A DNA stretch of 64,000 nucleotides. Origin: Candidatus Cloacimonadales bacterium. GTDB taxonomy: Bacteria > Cloacimonadota > Cloacimonadia > Cloacimonadales > JAFGVF01. The notes under the pieces were generated by a model that did no database searches, was not told where the DNA came from, and saw nothing but the letters and a program-made list of their open reading frames with translations. The position numbers and the translations under genes were made by a program. Positions 47,855-58,311 of this stretch are shown piece after piece. The stretch lies in NCBI GenBank assembly GCA_963677495.2, contig CAXXOU010000004.1, forward strand, positions 736,001 through 800,000. The letters are read 5' to 3'. Every line of letters starts with the position of its first letter. Position 1 is the stretch's first letter.

Positions 47855-48982
47855 ATGCGTTTTTCAATAGAACTTAATCAGCTTGCTCAGCATATTCCGC
47901 ATCTAGCAGGCCTAATCCCCGGCAAAAATACAATGCCTATCCTTGAAAACTTTCTGATTGAAGCAGATGAAGAAACTAACGGTGTAGTTTTCACTGTTTC
48001 AAATCTATACATGACAGTTATTTGTCAGTTTGAAGCTAAAGTCTTAGAGAGTGGTAGAATTGCTATCCCTGCACGTGTGTTTGTTGATATGATCAGCAAC
48101 CTTGGTGACTTGGATAATCCACAGCTCAGTATCTCAAAAGATGATGAAACTGTGAATATCTTATGTGCAGGTAACAACTATCAGTTCCTTTCAGCAGATC
48201 CCAGTGAGTATCCGCTTGTGCCTAACCGCTCATTGAACAATGCATTCTCTGTTGATGCAATGGTATTCAATAAGATGGTTAACAAGACTATCTTCTCAGT
48301 GTCTCAAGAGAAATCACGTATACTCTTTACAGGTGTGTTCTGGAAGATTATTGCAGACAAACAGATTATGGCTTCCTCTGATGGTAAGAGAATTTCTGAG
48401 ATTCAGATTAACTCTAATACTGAGATTGAAGCAGAAATGGCGCATATTTTACCAATTAAATGCCTTAACTTCATGCAGAAGATAATCAAAGAAGATGATA
48501 TCGATCTTCAGGTTGTGTTCCAGGCTGCCAGAGTCATGTTTGCATATTCAAACTATACAGTTTATTCCAACATTATCGAAGGTGAATATCCTGATTACGG
48601 AAAAGTGTTCCCGGCAGAAGTAAGCTCAACACTTGAGATCAATAATGACAACTTCAAGCGTTCACTTAAGAGACTTGCTTTCTTAGCACCGGATGATAAC
48701 CATAAAGTTAAAATGAACATCACAGCTGATAATCTTAAGCTTAGTACAATGAGACCTGATATCGGTGAAGCTGAGATTCTTGTTGAGGATTTCACTTACA
48801 CAGGTGATCCAATGAAAATCTCATGTAATGCCAGATTCTTAAGATCTATCCTTGATGTGATTGATACAGAGAGTGTGAAGCTTGAGTTTGCAGGTAACAC
48901 TAAACCTTTCATAATTACAAACACTGAAGAGCCGGAAAATCAGGAATCAAGATACCTGTTGATGCCTCTACGGACCAGATAA
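47855..48982 (+). CDS. dnaN: DNA polymerase III beta sliding clamp
   Basis: PILENFLI, SDGKR, GEYPDY..VFP, LLMPLR. Confidence 0.95.
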   Translation: MRFSIELNQLAQHIPHLAGLIPGKNTMPILENFLIEADEETNGVVFTVSNLYMTVICQFEAKVLESGRIAIPARVFVDMISNLGDLDNPQLSISKDDETVNILCAGNNYQFLSADPSEYPLVPNRSLNNAFSVDAMVFNKMVNKTIFSVSQEKSRILFTGVFWKIIADKQIMASSDGKRISEIQINSNTEIEAEMAHILPIKCLNFMQKIIKEDDIDLQVVFQAARVMFAYSNYTVYSNIIEGEYPDYGKVFPAEVSSTLEINNDNFKRSLKRLAFLAPDDNHKVKMNITADNLKLSTMRPDIGEAEILVEDFTYTGDPMKISCNARFLRSILDVIDTESVKLEFAGNTKPFIITNTEEPENQESRYLLMPLRTR

Positions 48983-48983
48983 A

Positions 48984-50060
48984 TTGAAGGTTACAAGTCT
49001 TAGTCTTGTAAATTTTAGGAATTTCTCAAAGCTTAGTGTTGATTTTGAACCAAAGGGTTGCCTGATAACAGGTGACAATGGCAGTGGTAAGTCAAACCTG
49101 CTTGAAGCAATAGCTTACTGTGCCTTTGGTAAGTCGGTAAGAAATTTCTCGGACAATGACTTAGTGAACTTCGAATCTCAATTCTTTTATAATAAAACAG
49201 GCTTCTCCGCTGATGGAGAAGCCCTGTCTTTTGAAATAAGCTTTCAGCAAAACTCGAAAGCTATTAAACTGAATAATCGTCCGATTAGTAAGTTAAGCGA
49301 ACTTTACAAACATGTGAAGGTAATCTATTTCTCTCCGGATGATATATCTCTAATCAATAATACTCCCCGACTAAGAAGGAACTTTATTGATACAAGCTGC
49401 TCTCAGAATGATTGGGAGTATCTGCACCTTTTGAGAGAGTATCATAAAATAGTACAACAACGAAACGCGTTGCTTAAGACAGAGTTTGACGATAAGTATA
49501 AGAAAAGTTGGGACCTAAAGCTATACTCAACTGCAAATGAGATAATCAAAAGAAGAATTGAGTATTGCAAACAACTGGAAGAATTGAGTCGTGAGATCTG
49601 TGAGAACCTAACTGATAGAAAAGAGCAGATAACACTTAGCTATAAGAGTACACTTCCCATTAACATGAAACAGAATGAGTTAATGGAATTTCTGTATGAG
49701 AAAGAGAAAAGAGAAGTGGAGCAAGGTCACACGCTGTTTGGACCGCATTTGGACGATATAGTGATTAAGCTTGATGACAGACTTGCGAAGGAGTTTGCCT
49801 CTCAAGGGCAGAAACGTTCTATAGTTATATCGATGAAATTGGCTCAAGCTAAGCTCGTAAGACAGAGCTCTAAGACACTACCGATACTTATGTTTGATGA
49901 TATACTCTCTGAACTGGATGAATCGAGAACTGAAAGAATAATTCGACTTGTCGGAACAGAACATCAGGTTTTTATTGCAACACCAAATGCTAAAGAATAT
50001 GAAGCATTTGAACTGCCTAAAATAGTTTTAAAGGATGGAAAACTAATTGAAACTGAGTAA
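48984..50060 (+). CDS. recF: DNA replication/repair protein RecF
   Basis: NFRN, G.NGSGKSNLLEAI, GPH.DD, SQGQKR, DDILSELD. Confidence 0.95.
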   Translation: MKVTSLSLVNFRNFSKLSVDFEPKGCLITGDNGSGKSNLLEAIAYCAFGKSVRNFSDNDLVNFESQFFYNKTGFSADGEALSFEISFQQNSKAIKLNNRPISKLSELYKHVKVIYFSPDDISLINNTPRLRRNFIDTSCSQNDWEYLHLLREYHKIVQQRNALLKTEFDDKYKKSWDLKLYSTANEIIKRRIEYCKQLEELSREICENLTDRKEQITLSYKSTLPINMKQNELMEFLYEKEKREVEQGHTLFGPHLDDIVIKLDDRLAKEFASQGQKRSIVISMKLAQAKLVRQSSKTLPILMFDDILSELDESRTERIIRLVGTEHQVFIATPNAKEYEAFELPKIVLKDGKLIETE

Positions 50061-51285
50061 GAATGTCCTGGGTTGGATGTTATACGATTTTGCTAACTCA
50101 GCATTTACAACGATAATTGTGACAGTTGTATATAGTAGATACTTCGTGGATGCTGTTGTTGGAGACACTAACCTTGGTAGTGCCTTGTGGGGAAGAGCTA
50201 TAGCTATCTCTATGTTCTTTGTTGCTATCTCAGCACCGGTATTTGGTGCAATTGCTGATTACTCACGTAGTAAGAAAAAGTTCCTCTTTATCAATACATA
50301 TCTCTGTATAATATTCACCTCACTGTTGTTCTATGTAAGGGAAGGTGATATTTTTACCGGAATGCTGTTCTTTATATTAGCGAACATTGGTTATCATAGT
50401 GCTAATGTATTCTATAACTCGTTCCTACCCGATATTGCCAGCGAAAAAGATATAGGCAGAATTTCCGGAATGGGGTGGGCTTTAGGTTATATAGGTGGAT
50501 TGGTTGCCTTAATCTTCTCATTGATTTTAGTTAATAATAGACTCATAAACTGGGTGTTCCCCTCTGTAGCCCTTTACTTCCTTATCTTTTCAGCTTTTGC
50601 CTTCTTCTGGGTTAAGGAGTTGCGTAGACCAAGTAAACGTTCTAACTACTTCAAGATTGCCGTAAACAGAATAAAACAGTCATTCCTGAGCATTAGGAAG
50701 TTCAAGCAACTCACAAGGTATCTTATTAGCTACTTCGTGTATAATGACGGCATTACGACGGTTATAGCCTTCACTTCTATCTATGGTATGGAAAGATTCA
50801 ATATGAATACAGAGGATATAATCAGGTTATTTATCTTTGCACAGTTCACATCTGTTGCGGGAGCCTGGTTGTTCGGAGTTCTTGCTGATAAAATGAACCT
50901 TAAAATTACAATTAATATATCTCTGGTAATCTGGATAGCTGTAGTAATCTGGGCTTTTTTCTGTCAGAGTGGAAGCGAATTCTTGTATGTTGTGCTGCTT
51001 GCCGGTATTGCAATAGGTTCATCACAAGCGAATAGCCGAACCCTCTTATCAAGACTGACACCTAATGATAAACAGGCGGAGTTCTTTGGTTTCTATTCTA
51101 TAGCCGGAAGAATATCTTCAATAGTGGGACCGCTTTTGTTTGGTGAAATGAAGCGGATAACCGGAGACATAAGATACTCAATTCTGTCTGTACTTGTTTT
51201 TTTTGTTGCAGGAATTATCCTTCTGCAAAGTGTGAATGTTGAAGAGGGTATTTCTGTGGCAAAGGCTTGGGAAGGAGATAATTAA
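50047..51285 (+). CDS. MFS transporter (UMF1/ATG22-like)
   Basis: W.LYDFANSAF, FYNSFLP, SG.GWALGYIGG, EFFGFY. About 12 TM segments. Confidence 0.88.
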   Translation: MKLSKNVLGWMLYDFANSAFTTIIVTVVYSRYFVDAVVGDTNLGSALWGRAIAISMFFVAISAPVFGAIADYSRSKKKFLFINTYLCIIFTSLLFYVREGDIFTGMLFFILANIGYHSANVFYNSFLPDIASEKDIGRISGMGWALGYIGGLVALIFSLILVNNRLINWVFPSVALYFLIFSAFAFFWVKELRRPSKRSNYFKIAVNRIKQSFLSIRKFKQLTRYLISYFVYNDGITTVIAFTSIYGMERFNMNTEDIIRLFIFAQFTSVAGAWLFGVLADKMNLKITINISLVIWIAVVIWAFFCQSGSEFLYVVLLAGIAIGSSQANSRTLLSRLTPNDKQAEFFGFYSIAGRISSIVGPLLFGEMKRITGDIRYSILSVLVFFVAGIILLQSVNVEEGISVAKAWEGDN

Positions 51286-52571
51286 TGAAAAAATATTATA
51301 TAGAGACCTATGGATGTCAGATGAATATATCTGACAGTGAGTTGGTGGCTACAATATTAACAGAAGCTGGATTTGAAGAAGCTGAATCGATTGAAGATGC
51401 TGATGTTATTATGTTTAATACCTGTTCTGTAAGACAGCATGCAGAAGATAGAGTTAAGGGTAGAATCTCTAACGAACAATCACGTAAACGAACAAAGAAA
51501 GACCTGCTTATAGGTGTTATGGGCTGTATGGCACAAAGACTTCAAAATCAATTGATAGATATGAAAATAGGTGTTGATTTTGTGGTTGGTGTTGATCAAT
51601 ATCATGAGATACCCAAGATTATCGCAGAGAAAGTAAAAATAACTGCTGATTTTAACTTCGATGAGGTTTATCATAACGTGTATCCTACCCGTAAAGGTAA
51701 GTTTAATGCATTTGTCACTATCATGCGTGGATGTAACAATTTCTGCACATATTGTATTGTTCCATACGTTAGAGGAAGAGAACGTTCAAGACCCTTTGAT
51801 GAGATTATGCATGAGGTAGAAGAAGCCGGGAAAAAGGGGTTCAAGGATATCACACTCCTTGGTCAGAACGTAAATTCATATGCATATCAGGGAATCAAGT
51901 TTCATGAGCTTATGAAAGAAGTAGCTCAAATCGATACTATTAAACGATTAAGATTCGTGACTTCTCATCCAAAGGACTTATCTGATGATTTGATAAGAGT
52001 GATGGCAGAAGAGGATAAAATATGCAAGCATCTGCATCTACCACTGCAGAGTGGAGATAACGAGATTCTGAAACAGATGAATAGAGGGTATACAGCAGAG
52101 CACTATTATGGAATCATCGAAAAACTAAGAGATGCTATGCCAAATATTGGTTTAACTACCGATATAATTGTTGGTTTCCCGGGTGAGACACATGAGCAAT
52201 ATATGAAGACATATAAACTTATGGAGAAGATAAGGTATGAGTATGCTTTCATGTATAAGTACTCTCCAAGGACCGGGACTAAAGCTGCAGAGTTTACAAA
52301 CCAGGTTGAGGAAGCTGTTCGTCTCGAACGGTTAAAAGAAATTATTGAGATGCAACGGGAAATTACTTTACAAAAATATAGAGAGCAGATTGGTTCTATT
52401 AAAGAAGTTTATGTAGAGAATATAAGTAAGAAGTCATCTGAAGAAGTGTCAGGTAAGACAGAGGACTTCAAGATTGCTGTATTTAAAGGGGATAAATCTC
52501 TTATTGGTAAATTTGTAGATGTCAGAATAACAGATGCAACAAGTGGAACTTTAATTGGAGAAAAGGTTTAG
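51285..52571 (+). CDS. miaB: tRNA-2-methylthio-N6-isopentenyladenosine synthase
   Basis: TYGCQMN..DSE, NTCSVR, CNNFCTYC, GQNVNSY, SHPKD and a TRAM domain. Confidence 0.96.
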   Translation: MKKYYIETYGCQMNISDSELVATILTEAGFEEAESIEDADVIMFNTCSVRQHAEDRVKGRISNEQSRKRTKKDLLIGVMGCMAQRLQNQLIDMKIGVDFVVGVDQYHEIPKIIAEKVKITADFNFDEVYHNVYPTRKGKFNAFVTIMRGCNNFCTYCIVPYVRGRERSRPFDEIMHEVEEAGKKGFKDITLLGQNVNSYAYQGIKFHELMKEVAQIDTIKRLRFVTSHPKDLSDDLIRVMAEEDKICKHLHLPLQSGDNEILKQMNRGYTAEHYYGIIEKLRDAMPNIGLTTDIIVGFPGETHEQYMKTYKLMEKIRYEYAFMYKYSPRTGTKAAEFTNQVEEAVRLERLKEIIEMQREITLQKYREQIGSIKEVYVENISKKSSEEVSGKTEDFKIAVFKGDKSLIGKFVDVRITDATSGTLIGEKV

Positions 52572-52577
52572 GATATC

Positions 52578-53783
52578 ATGAGTCTCTATCGTACTAACTA
52601 CGAGGTGAAAGATTTTAAAATAATCAAGTTTATTAGAAGTGACTATTTAGGTGAACTATATATTGCAGAAGACAGTGTATTGAAGACTAAAGTATTCCTA
52701 CGAGTCTTTACGGACATATCTCTCACTTCAGAACTGGATATACCTCTTATGGAGGAAGCTAAGAAACAAGTTAAACTGCATCATGAGAATATCTTAACGC
52801 TTAATAGTATGATTATCTATGATGAGAGAATATGCTTAATATTCAGTTACTCTGAGGGCGAGTTTTTATCTGATATACTTAAAGATTATGACCAACTTAG
52901 TGAGAAGAAAACACTTACAATTGTAAGAGACCTATGCCAGTCTTTACATGATTCACACATGCATGGTTTGATCAACGGTAATCTTACTCCTGATGATGTT
53001 ATTGTCGCCAAAGATAAAAGTGTGAAGATCATGAACTTTAACTGGCGTGAACTCTTAATACCATACATGAAGAATGATGTACTAAGTGAATTTTACCTGT
53101 ATAGAGCACCGGAACTATTCAAAGAGAGTATTTTGCCAACTATAAAGAGTGATCTTTATAGTCTTGGCTTAATTATGCATCAGCTCCTGTTTGGAAAGTT
53201 GCCATATGAAAAGGGTAATAGCCTTGTTCAGCTCTATGAGAATGTTAAAACTCCAACTATTGAGAAGAGTGAAAAATTCACTCATGAAGTCTCAGCTATT
53301 TTTGATAAGTTACTTGCATATGAGCCGGGGAACAGGTATAATCAACCATTTAATTTAATTACGGTACTAAACAACTTCCTATTTATGCGTGAGGAGCTTT
53401 TCGATACACATAAATCAGAAGTTATAGATTTGCCAATTCCTGTATATAGTTCACAAGATAATGCTAAAGAAGATACTGAAGAAGTGGTAGAAAATACAAA
53501 ACCTCAGGAAGTTATCGATACAGTACAAGAATCTGAAGAGGATACGTCATCATCAGAAGAAGAATCTCAATTGGAAAGTATTGACCAGCAATCTGAGGAA
53601 GTAGTTGATGGAGAGAACGTTGGAGAGAAGCTTGAAATAGCGTTCTATAAGAATAAGTATCAGGAATTGACAGCAGGATATAAAAGAGTTCTCACTTTAG
53701 CAGGACTGGCATTTGTTCTTATGGTGTTGATGCTTGTGTTCTTTCCTGAATCTATTGGAGCCTGGTTACTGGGGCAGTATTAG
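52578..53783 (+). CDS. Membrane-anchored Ser/Thr kinase-like protein, probably a pseudokinase
   Basis: Hanks-type scaffold (HENI, YRAPE, SDLYSLG) with degenerate catalytic motifs. C-terminal TM. Confidence 0.75.
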   Translation: MSLYRTNYEVKDFKIIKFIRSDYLGELYIAEDSVLKTKVFLRVFTDISLTSELDIPLMEEAKKQVKLHHENILTLNSMIIYDERICLIFSYSEGEFLSDILKDYDQLSEKKTLTIVRDLCQSLHDSHMHGLINGNLTPDDVIVAKDKSVKIMNFNWRELLIPYMKNDVLSEFYLYRAPELFKESILPTIKSDLYSLGLIMHQLLFGKLPYEKGNSLVQLYENVKTPTIEKSEKFTHEVSAIFDKLLAYEPGNRYNQPFNLITVLNNFLFMREELFDTHKSEVIDLPIPVYSSQDNAKEDTEEVVENTKPQEVIDTVQESEEDTSSSEEESQLESIDQQSEEVVDGENVGEKLEIAFYKNKYQELTAGYKRVLTLAGLAFVLMVLMLVFFPESIGAWLLGQY

Positions 53784-55678
53784 TTATACACAAATATTAA
53801 GCCACTTGTAGGAAATACCCAACTGTCACTGTCAGTTGATATCTCAATAGTATCTTCGGTCTTTACAATATTGGGATATCTGGTTTGACCTGAGAATACA
53901 GTAACAACCTCCATGTCTTTACACTTTCCCTTAAACTTTAAAGTAGTTTTAACTCCTTTAGTAAGCTCAGCTATGTAGACAGAAAACTGTTTATGTGACT
54001 TGGGATAGAAGGTTGAAGTTTTGATTTTAAAATCTACTTCTGTGTCATATAGAGAAGAGAGTATAGTGTTGGAACATATATATTTATATTCACCATCACG
54101 AGAAACTACTTTAACTTCTAATGCGATATTATTAACTGATACTTCTAGTAGGTTAAATGAATTCTCATCAATAGCAAAACCTTCATCTAAGAACCATCTG
54201 TAAATAACTTCAGGCTTAAGAAAGTATCTCTGCAAACTACTTTCGTTTTCAGTGCAAACAATAACCAGTTCTTTGTGCTTTAGCACTTTCTTAAAGCTAA
54301 GACTTGTTTCTATCCGGTAATATCCGGTTCGAGAGTTATCATCTAAGAAATTTATGTCATGAACAAACTCACTGCGATATGAAAAGTCATTGTCATATCT
54401 AAAAAAGAGATCTCGTAAGACGCTTTTATAAAGCATTTGTGAGACTTCACTTCCCTGCATACGCTCTCGCAATGCAGATTCAATAACTCCATTTAGAGAT
54501 CTGTTATTGAAGTCATGACTAAAGAAACCTCGACGCATTAATGGAGCCGAATCCACTATTACACCAGAACGTTTAAAGTATCTTTTCGCTCTTCTACCAA
54601 CTTGGCAAAGCAACTCATAGCTTAAACCATTATAATATTTTGTAAGGTTTTCAGCTCTTAACTCCAGAAATGATCCACCTATAAGAGTAACCTCTGTTCC
54701 TAAAAGGTCTCCCTGATTATCAGTAACATCTACTGTTATCATATCCATGCTAACTTTGCCTATGATAGGGTAGAGTTTGTGTTCTATCTCAACCTGACCT
54801 TTATTGGACAGAAGGAAGTCATATCCATCTGCATAACCAACAGGCAATATAGCATATCTGGTTTCCCGAACTGTTGTGTAAGTCCTATTATAACCTATGC
54901 TTTCTCCTACTCTTGCATCATGTATTTGAGATATTCTTGTTTTAAAACTAAGGACCGGTTTTAGATTTAGATGTACGATTTGAGAGATATCTGTATAAAC
55001 TCCATAAGTCAAAATCCCTAACCTCACCAGATTACAGAGCTTTGGGATTCCATTTATTACTGCCGAACTGTTAGCCTGATGAATGTATCTAGGTTTGAAA
55101 CTCAGCTTGTTTATGATATCTTCAAATCTCTCAGTCTGCAACTTAGTAAACATTGCATCGTTTTCACTTCCAGCATAATGAGAGAAAACACCCTCAATTT
55201 CTAATCCGGGTAGATTATATAACTGTTCAATAAAGTCAGTAGCATGTTGCCATTGGTAACCTGACCTGTTCATTCCTGTATCAACATTTACATGAGCTTT
55301 ACAGACTAAACCTTTCTCTTTTGCAAGCTTTGATAATGCATTAGCAGTAACGATGTCACTAATTGCGGGTGTCAGGTTGTACTCTAAAACAATATCTATT
55401 TCGTTAAGGTTGATAGGGGAAAGGACTAAAATAGGTAACTCAATGCCTTGATATCTTAGAATTGAGGCTTCATCAACATTAGCAACACCAAGCATTTTAG
55501 CACCGGCTTTTTGGGCTTCTAAAGCAATATTCCATGCAGAATGTCCATATGCATCAGCTTTTACTATCTGTAAGAAGTCTGTAGATTCAGGAATAAATCT
55601 CTTCAGTTCATCAATGTTATGATGATAGTTATCAAGATCTATCTCTACCCATGTTCTATCTTTAATATCAATACTCAT
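53780..55678 (-). CDS. alr: Alanine racemase with a ~260-aa C-terminal extension
   Basis: VKADAYGH, DTGMNR.G, GYADGY, G.VSMDM, YELLC. Confidence 0.9.
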   Translation of the reverse strand: MSIDIKDRTWVEIDLDNYHHNIDELKRFIPESTDFLQIVKADAYGHSAWNIALEAQKAGAKMLGVANVDEASILRYQGIELPILVLSPINLNEIDIVLEYNLTPAISDIVTANALSKLAKEKGLVCKAHVNVDTGMNRSGYQWQHATDFIEQLYNLPGLEIEGVFSHYAGSENDAMFTKLQTERFEDIINKLSFKPRYIHQANSSAVINGIPKLCNLVRLGILTYGVYTDISQIVHLNLKPVLSFKTRISQIHDARVGESIGYNRTYTTVRETRYAILPVGYADGYDFLLSNKGQVEIEHKLYPIIGKVSMDMITVDVTDNQGDLLGTEVTLIGGSFLELRAENLTKYYNGLSYELLCQVGRRAKRYFKRSGVIVDSAPLMRRGFFSHDFNNRSLNGVIESALRERMQGSEVSQMLYKSVLRDLFFRYDNDFSYRSEFVHDINFLDDNSRTGYYRIETSLSFKKVLKHKELVIVCTENESSLQRYFLKPEVIYRWFLDEGFAIDENSFNLLEVSVNNIALEVKVVSRDGEYKYICSNTILSSLYDTEVDFKIKTSTFYPKSHKQFSVYIAELTKGVKTTLKFKGKCKDMEVVTVFSGQTRYPNIVKTEDTIEISTDSDSWVFPTSGLIFVYN

Positions 55679-57042
55679 TAGAAATACTTAGCTGCCATCT
55701 CGGCAAGTTTAGAGCGTTCACCCTTTTGTAAAGTTACGTGTCCAACCAGCTCTTCATTTTTTAGCAACTCTACAACTCTACTTAAACCATTACTCTGAGA
55801 GTCAAGATATGGCATATCTATCTGGTATGGATCACCTGTGAGTACGATTTTTGTACCTTCTCCGGCTCTGGTTATGATAGTTTTCATCTCGTGAGGAGTT
55901 AGATTCTGAGCTTCATCTATAATCATAAACTGATTTGGTAAGTTTCTACCTCTGATGTAGGTAAGGGGTTCTAATTCTATGAAACCAAAATCAAGAAAGT
56001 CATCTAAACCTATATTCTGTTTTCCGAAGACTCGAACATTATCTTTATGATATGAATCCTGATGATTGGTAATCAAGATCTCCATATTGTCATATATTGG
56101 TTGCATCCATGGGTTAAACTTTTCAGACTTAGAACCCGGTAAGTAACCAAGGTCTTTGCCAAGGGGTGAGATAGGTCGTGATATAACTAATCTCTTGTAA
56201 AAGTCATCCTCTACAACTTTTTGAAGCCCTGCAGCCATCGCTAACAACGTTTTACCTGTTCCTGCTATTCCTGATAGAGAAACCATTTTGACATCGTCAT
56301 CGAGTAATAGATCAAGAGCCATTACTTGTTCCATGTTCCTGGATGTAATACCGAACACCTCCTGCTCCATGGAGTAGTTCTTTAGCATATTGATAGAATG
56401 TTCTCTAGTATTGTATCTTCCAAGAACATAACTATCTTCAGTTGAAGGTTCATTAGTACAGGTAAGCTTCACGAACTGGTTTGGATAGAACTCACCGAAC
56501 TCCTCCTCAACAAAGATAAAACCATTAGTAAGATATAATCCAAGTTGACTTTGGCTAATCTCAAGCTCTCTAAACCCGGTATACATCTCATCAAAGTTAA
56601 CCAGGTCATCTTGATAGTTGCTGGCTTTTAAACCGATTGTATCAGCTTTAATCCTTACATTTGTATCTTTAGACAAGAGTACTACTTCAGAATCAGGATA
56701 TTTCTCTTTGAAATGAAGAGCTGTCGCAATAATGAGATTATCATTTTTATCAAGAAAGAACATGTTCTCAGGTTTAGCCATTGAATCATTCATTACGGTA
56801 ACTTGGATGATACCACCTTGCTCATTCTCAACGCCATCTTTTAGTGATCCCTTTTCTCTTAAAGAATCTAGGTATCTACCTAATTGTCTAGCATTTCTGC
56901 CCTTTTCATCAAGGCTCTTTTTGAACTGATCTATCTCCTCAATCACAACCATTGGGATGACTACTCTATCATTACCGAAACTAAAGATTGCGTTAGGATT
57001 ATGAATCAGTACATTTGTATCTAAAATGTTTATTGTACTCAC
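55678..57042 (-). CDS. PIN-PhoH family protein
   Basis: LDTNVLIH PIN N-terminus, G.AGTGKT, LGYLPG, YIRGR, DEAQN, GD..QID. Confidence 0.92.
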   Translation of the reverse strand: MSTINILDTNVLIHNPNAIFSFGNDRVVIPMVVIEEIDQFKKSLDEKGRNARQLGRYLDSLREKGSLKDGVENEQGGIIQVTVMNDSMAKPENMFFLDKNDNLIIATALHFKEKYPDSEVVLLSKDTNVRIKADTIGLKASNYQDDLVNFDEMYTGFRELEISQSQLGLYLTNGFIFVEEEFGEFYPNQFVKLTCTNEPSTEDSYVLGRYNTREHSINMLKNYSMEQEVFGITSRNMEQVMALDLLLDDDVKMVSLSGIAGTGKTLLAMAAGLQKVVEDDFYKRLVISRPISPLGKDLGYLPGSKSEKFNPWMQPIYDNMEILITNHQDSYHKDNVRVFGKQNIGLDDFLDFGFIELEPLTYIRGRNLPNQFMIIDEAQNLTPHEMKTIITRAGEGTKIVLTGDPYQIDMPYLDSQSNGLSRVVELLKNEELVGHVTLQKGERSKLAEMAAKYF

Positions 57043-57045
57043 AAA

Positions 57046-57954
57046 CTATTCCTCTTTGTTTCGTCCTACCGCTCCTGCATAAACTAGGAATTCATCGTTA
57101 CCATCAATGTTGAGATAAGGGATTGCAAGTTCATCAAAGAATGCTCCGATTGTGCATACACCAAGATTCAGTGCTTCTCCCGCAAGATAGAGGTTTTGCC
57201 CAACGTGCCCGGCATCAAGATAGATGTATCTATGCCCACGTTGACAATATCTCCAGGTTGTTCTATAAGAAATGGCTGTCCACATGAATACTACAGCTGC
57301 TGTTTTTGCTATTGATTGCCCGGCACATAGATCAGTACATTTTTGACCATTATCGTCTGAATCACTTAAAAGAACTAAAGCATGTTTATCAGCTCTATAG
57401 AAATATAATCCAGGCTTTAAACCATTGCACCTGTTAATCTGTAGATATGTTTCAAATGGATGTCTACAACCGGCTGAAGCGACATATCTGAAACCAACAT
57501 GAATCCTTTCATTCTTAAGTTCTTTACGGATACCTTGAGTATGAAGGAGAAGATAAGAAAGCTCAGTTAAGCTTAAAGCATCATCAGAGTAATCTCTCCG
57601 ACTAACTCTTTCAAGATTGACTTTCGTAAAGCTATCATTTACAGGAGTATAATCTTTTATGTCTGGAAGCTCAATGAGCTCACCCTCAATAATTTTATAA
57701 GGTGATAAAGCTGGCTTCCCCTTCTGTTGATCAGAAACAGATTTAAACTGATAACTAGTTAACTGTCTGAACTTATCTCCGATTTGTACAGATTCTTCCT
57801 CATTCTCTTTGAGGTAGTTAAGTTGATTAGCAAAACGTTCTTCGTACTCGTTGTATTGATCCTCTGAAATTTCTAACTCTTTGATTACTGTCTCTTTATT
57901 GTACCCACTGGCACTCATATACACGTATAAAAATTCTGATTTTGATTTAAACAT
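57046..57954 (-). CDS. SagB/ThcOx-family nitroreductase-like protein
   Basis: R.SRRDYS, ASAG.RHP.E.Y, DAGHVGQNLYL, IGAF.D. Confidence 0.88.
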   Translation of the reverse strand: MFKSKSEFLYVYMSASGYNKETVIKELEISEDQYNEYEERFANQLNYLKENEEESVQIGDKFRQLTSYQFKSVSDQQKGKPALSPYKIIEGELIELPDIKDYTPVNDSFTKVNLERVSRRDYSDDALSLTELSYLLLHTQGIRKELKNERIHVGFRYVASAGCRHPFETYLQINRCNGLKPGLYFYRADKHALVLLSDSDDNGQKCTDLCAGQSIAKTAAVVFMWTAISYRTTWRYCQRGHRYIYLDAGHVGQNLYLAGEALNLGVCTIGAFFDELAIPYLNIDGNDEFLVYAGAVGRNKEE

Positions 57955-58311
57955 AAATCCTCCACTAACACTTTTCTAGTTCGCATAAACTTTAAGTCAA
58001 CAAAAAACAGATGCTTTTAGGTTCATTAACCATTAATTCACAAAACAAAGCACCTATAATACGTTTCATTGCTCTCAGTCTGATTGTATTATGAACGAAT
58101 ATCGAAAAGATAACCAACCCAACCATTAGTTTAAAGTAATATGATGAATTTGAGGACTTTGTTTTGCTAACTTGTTAAGTATACCCTTTTCCACAATGCT
58201 AAACTGAGTATATGCTCTAAATAAAGACAAAGCTATGAATAAAATCTCATAGCTTTGTCAACATTCTGAAGTCTGCAGTAAAGCAGACTATAATTTATAA
58301 TTGCTTCTGAA

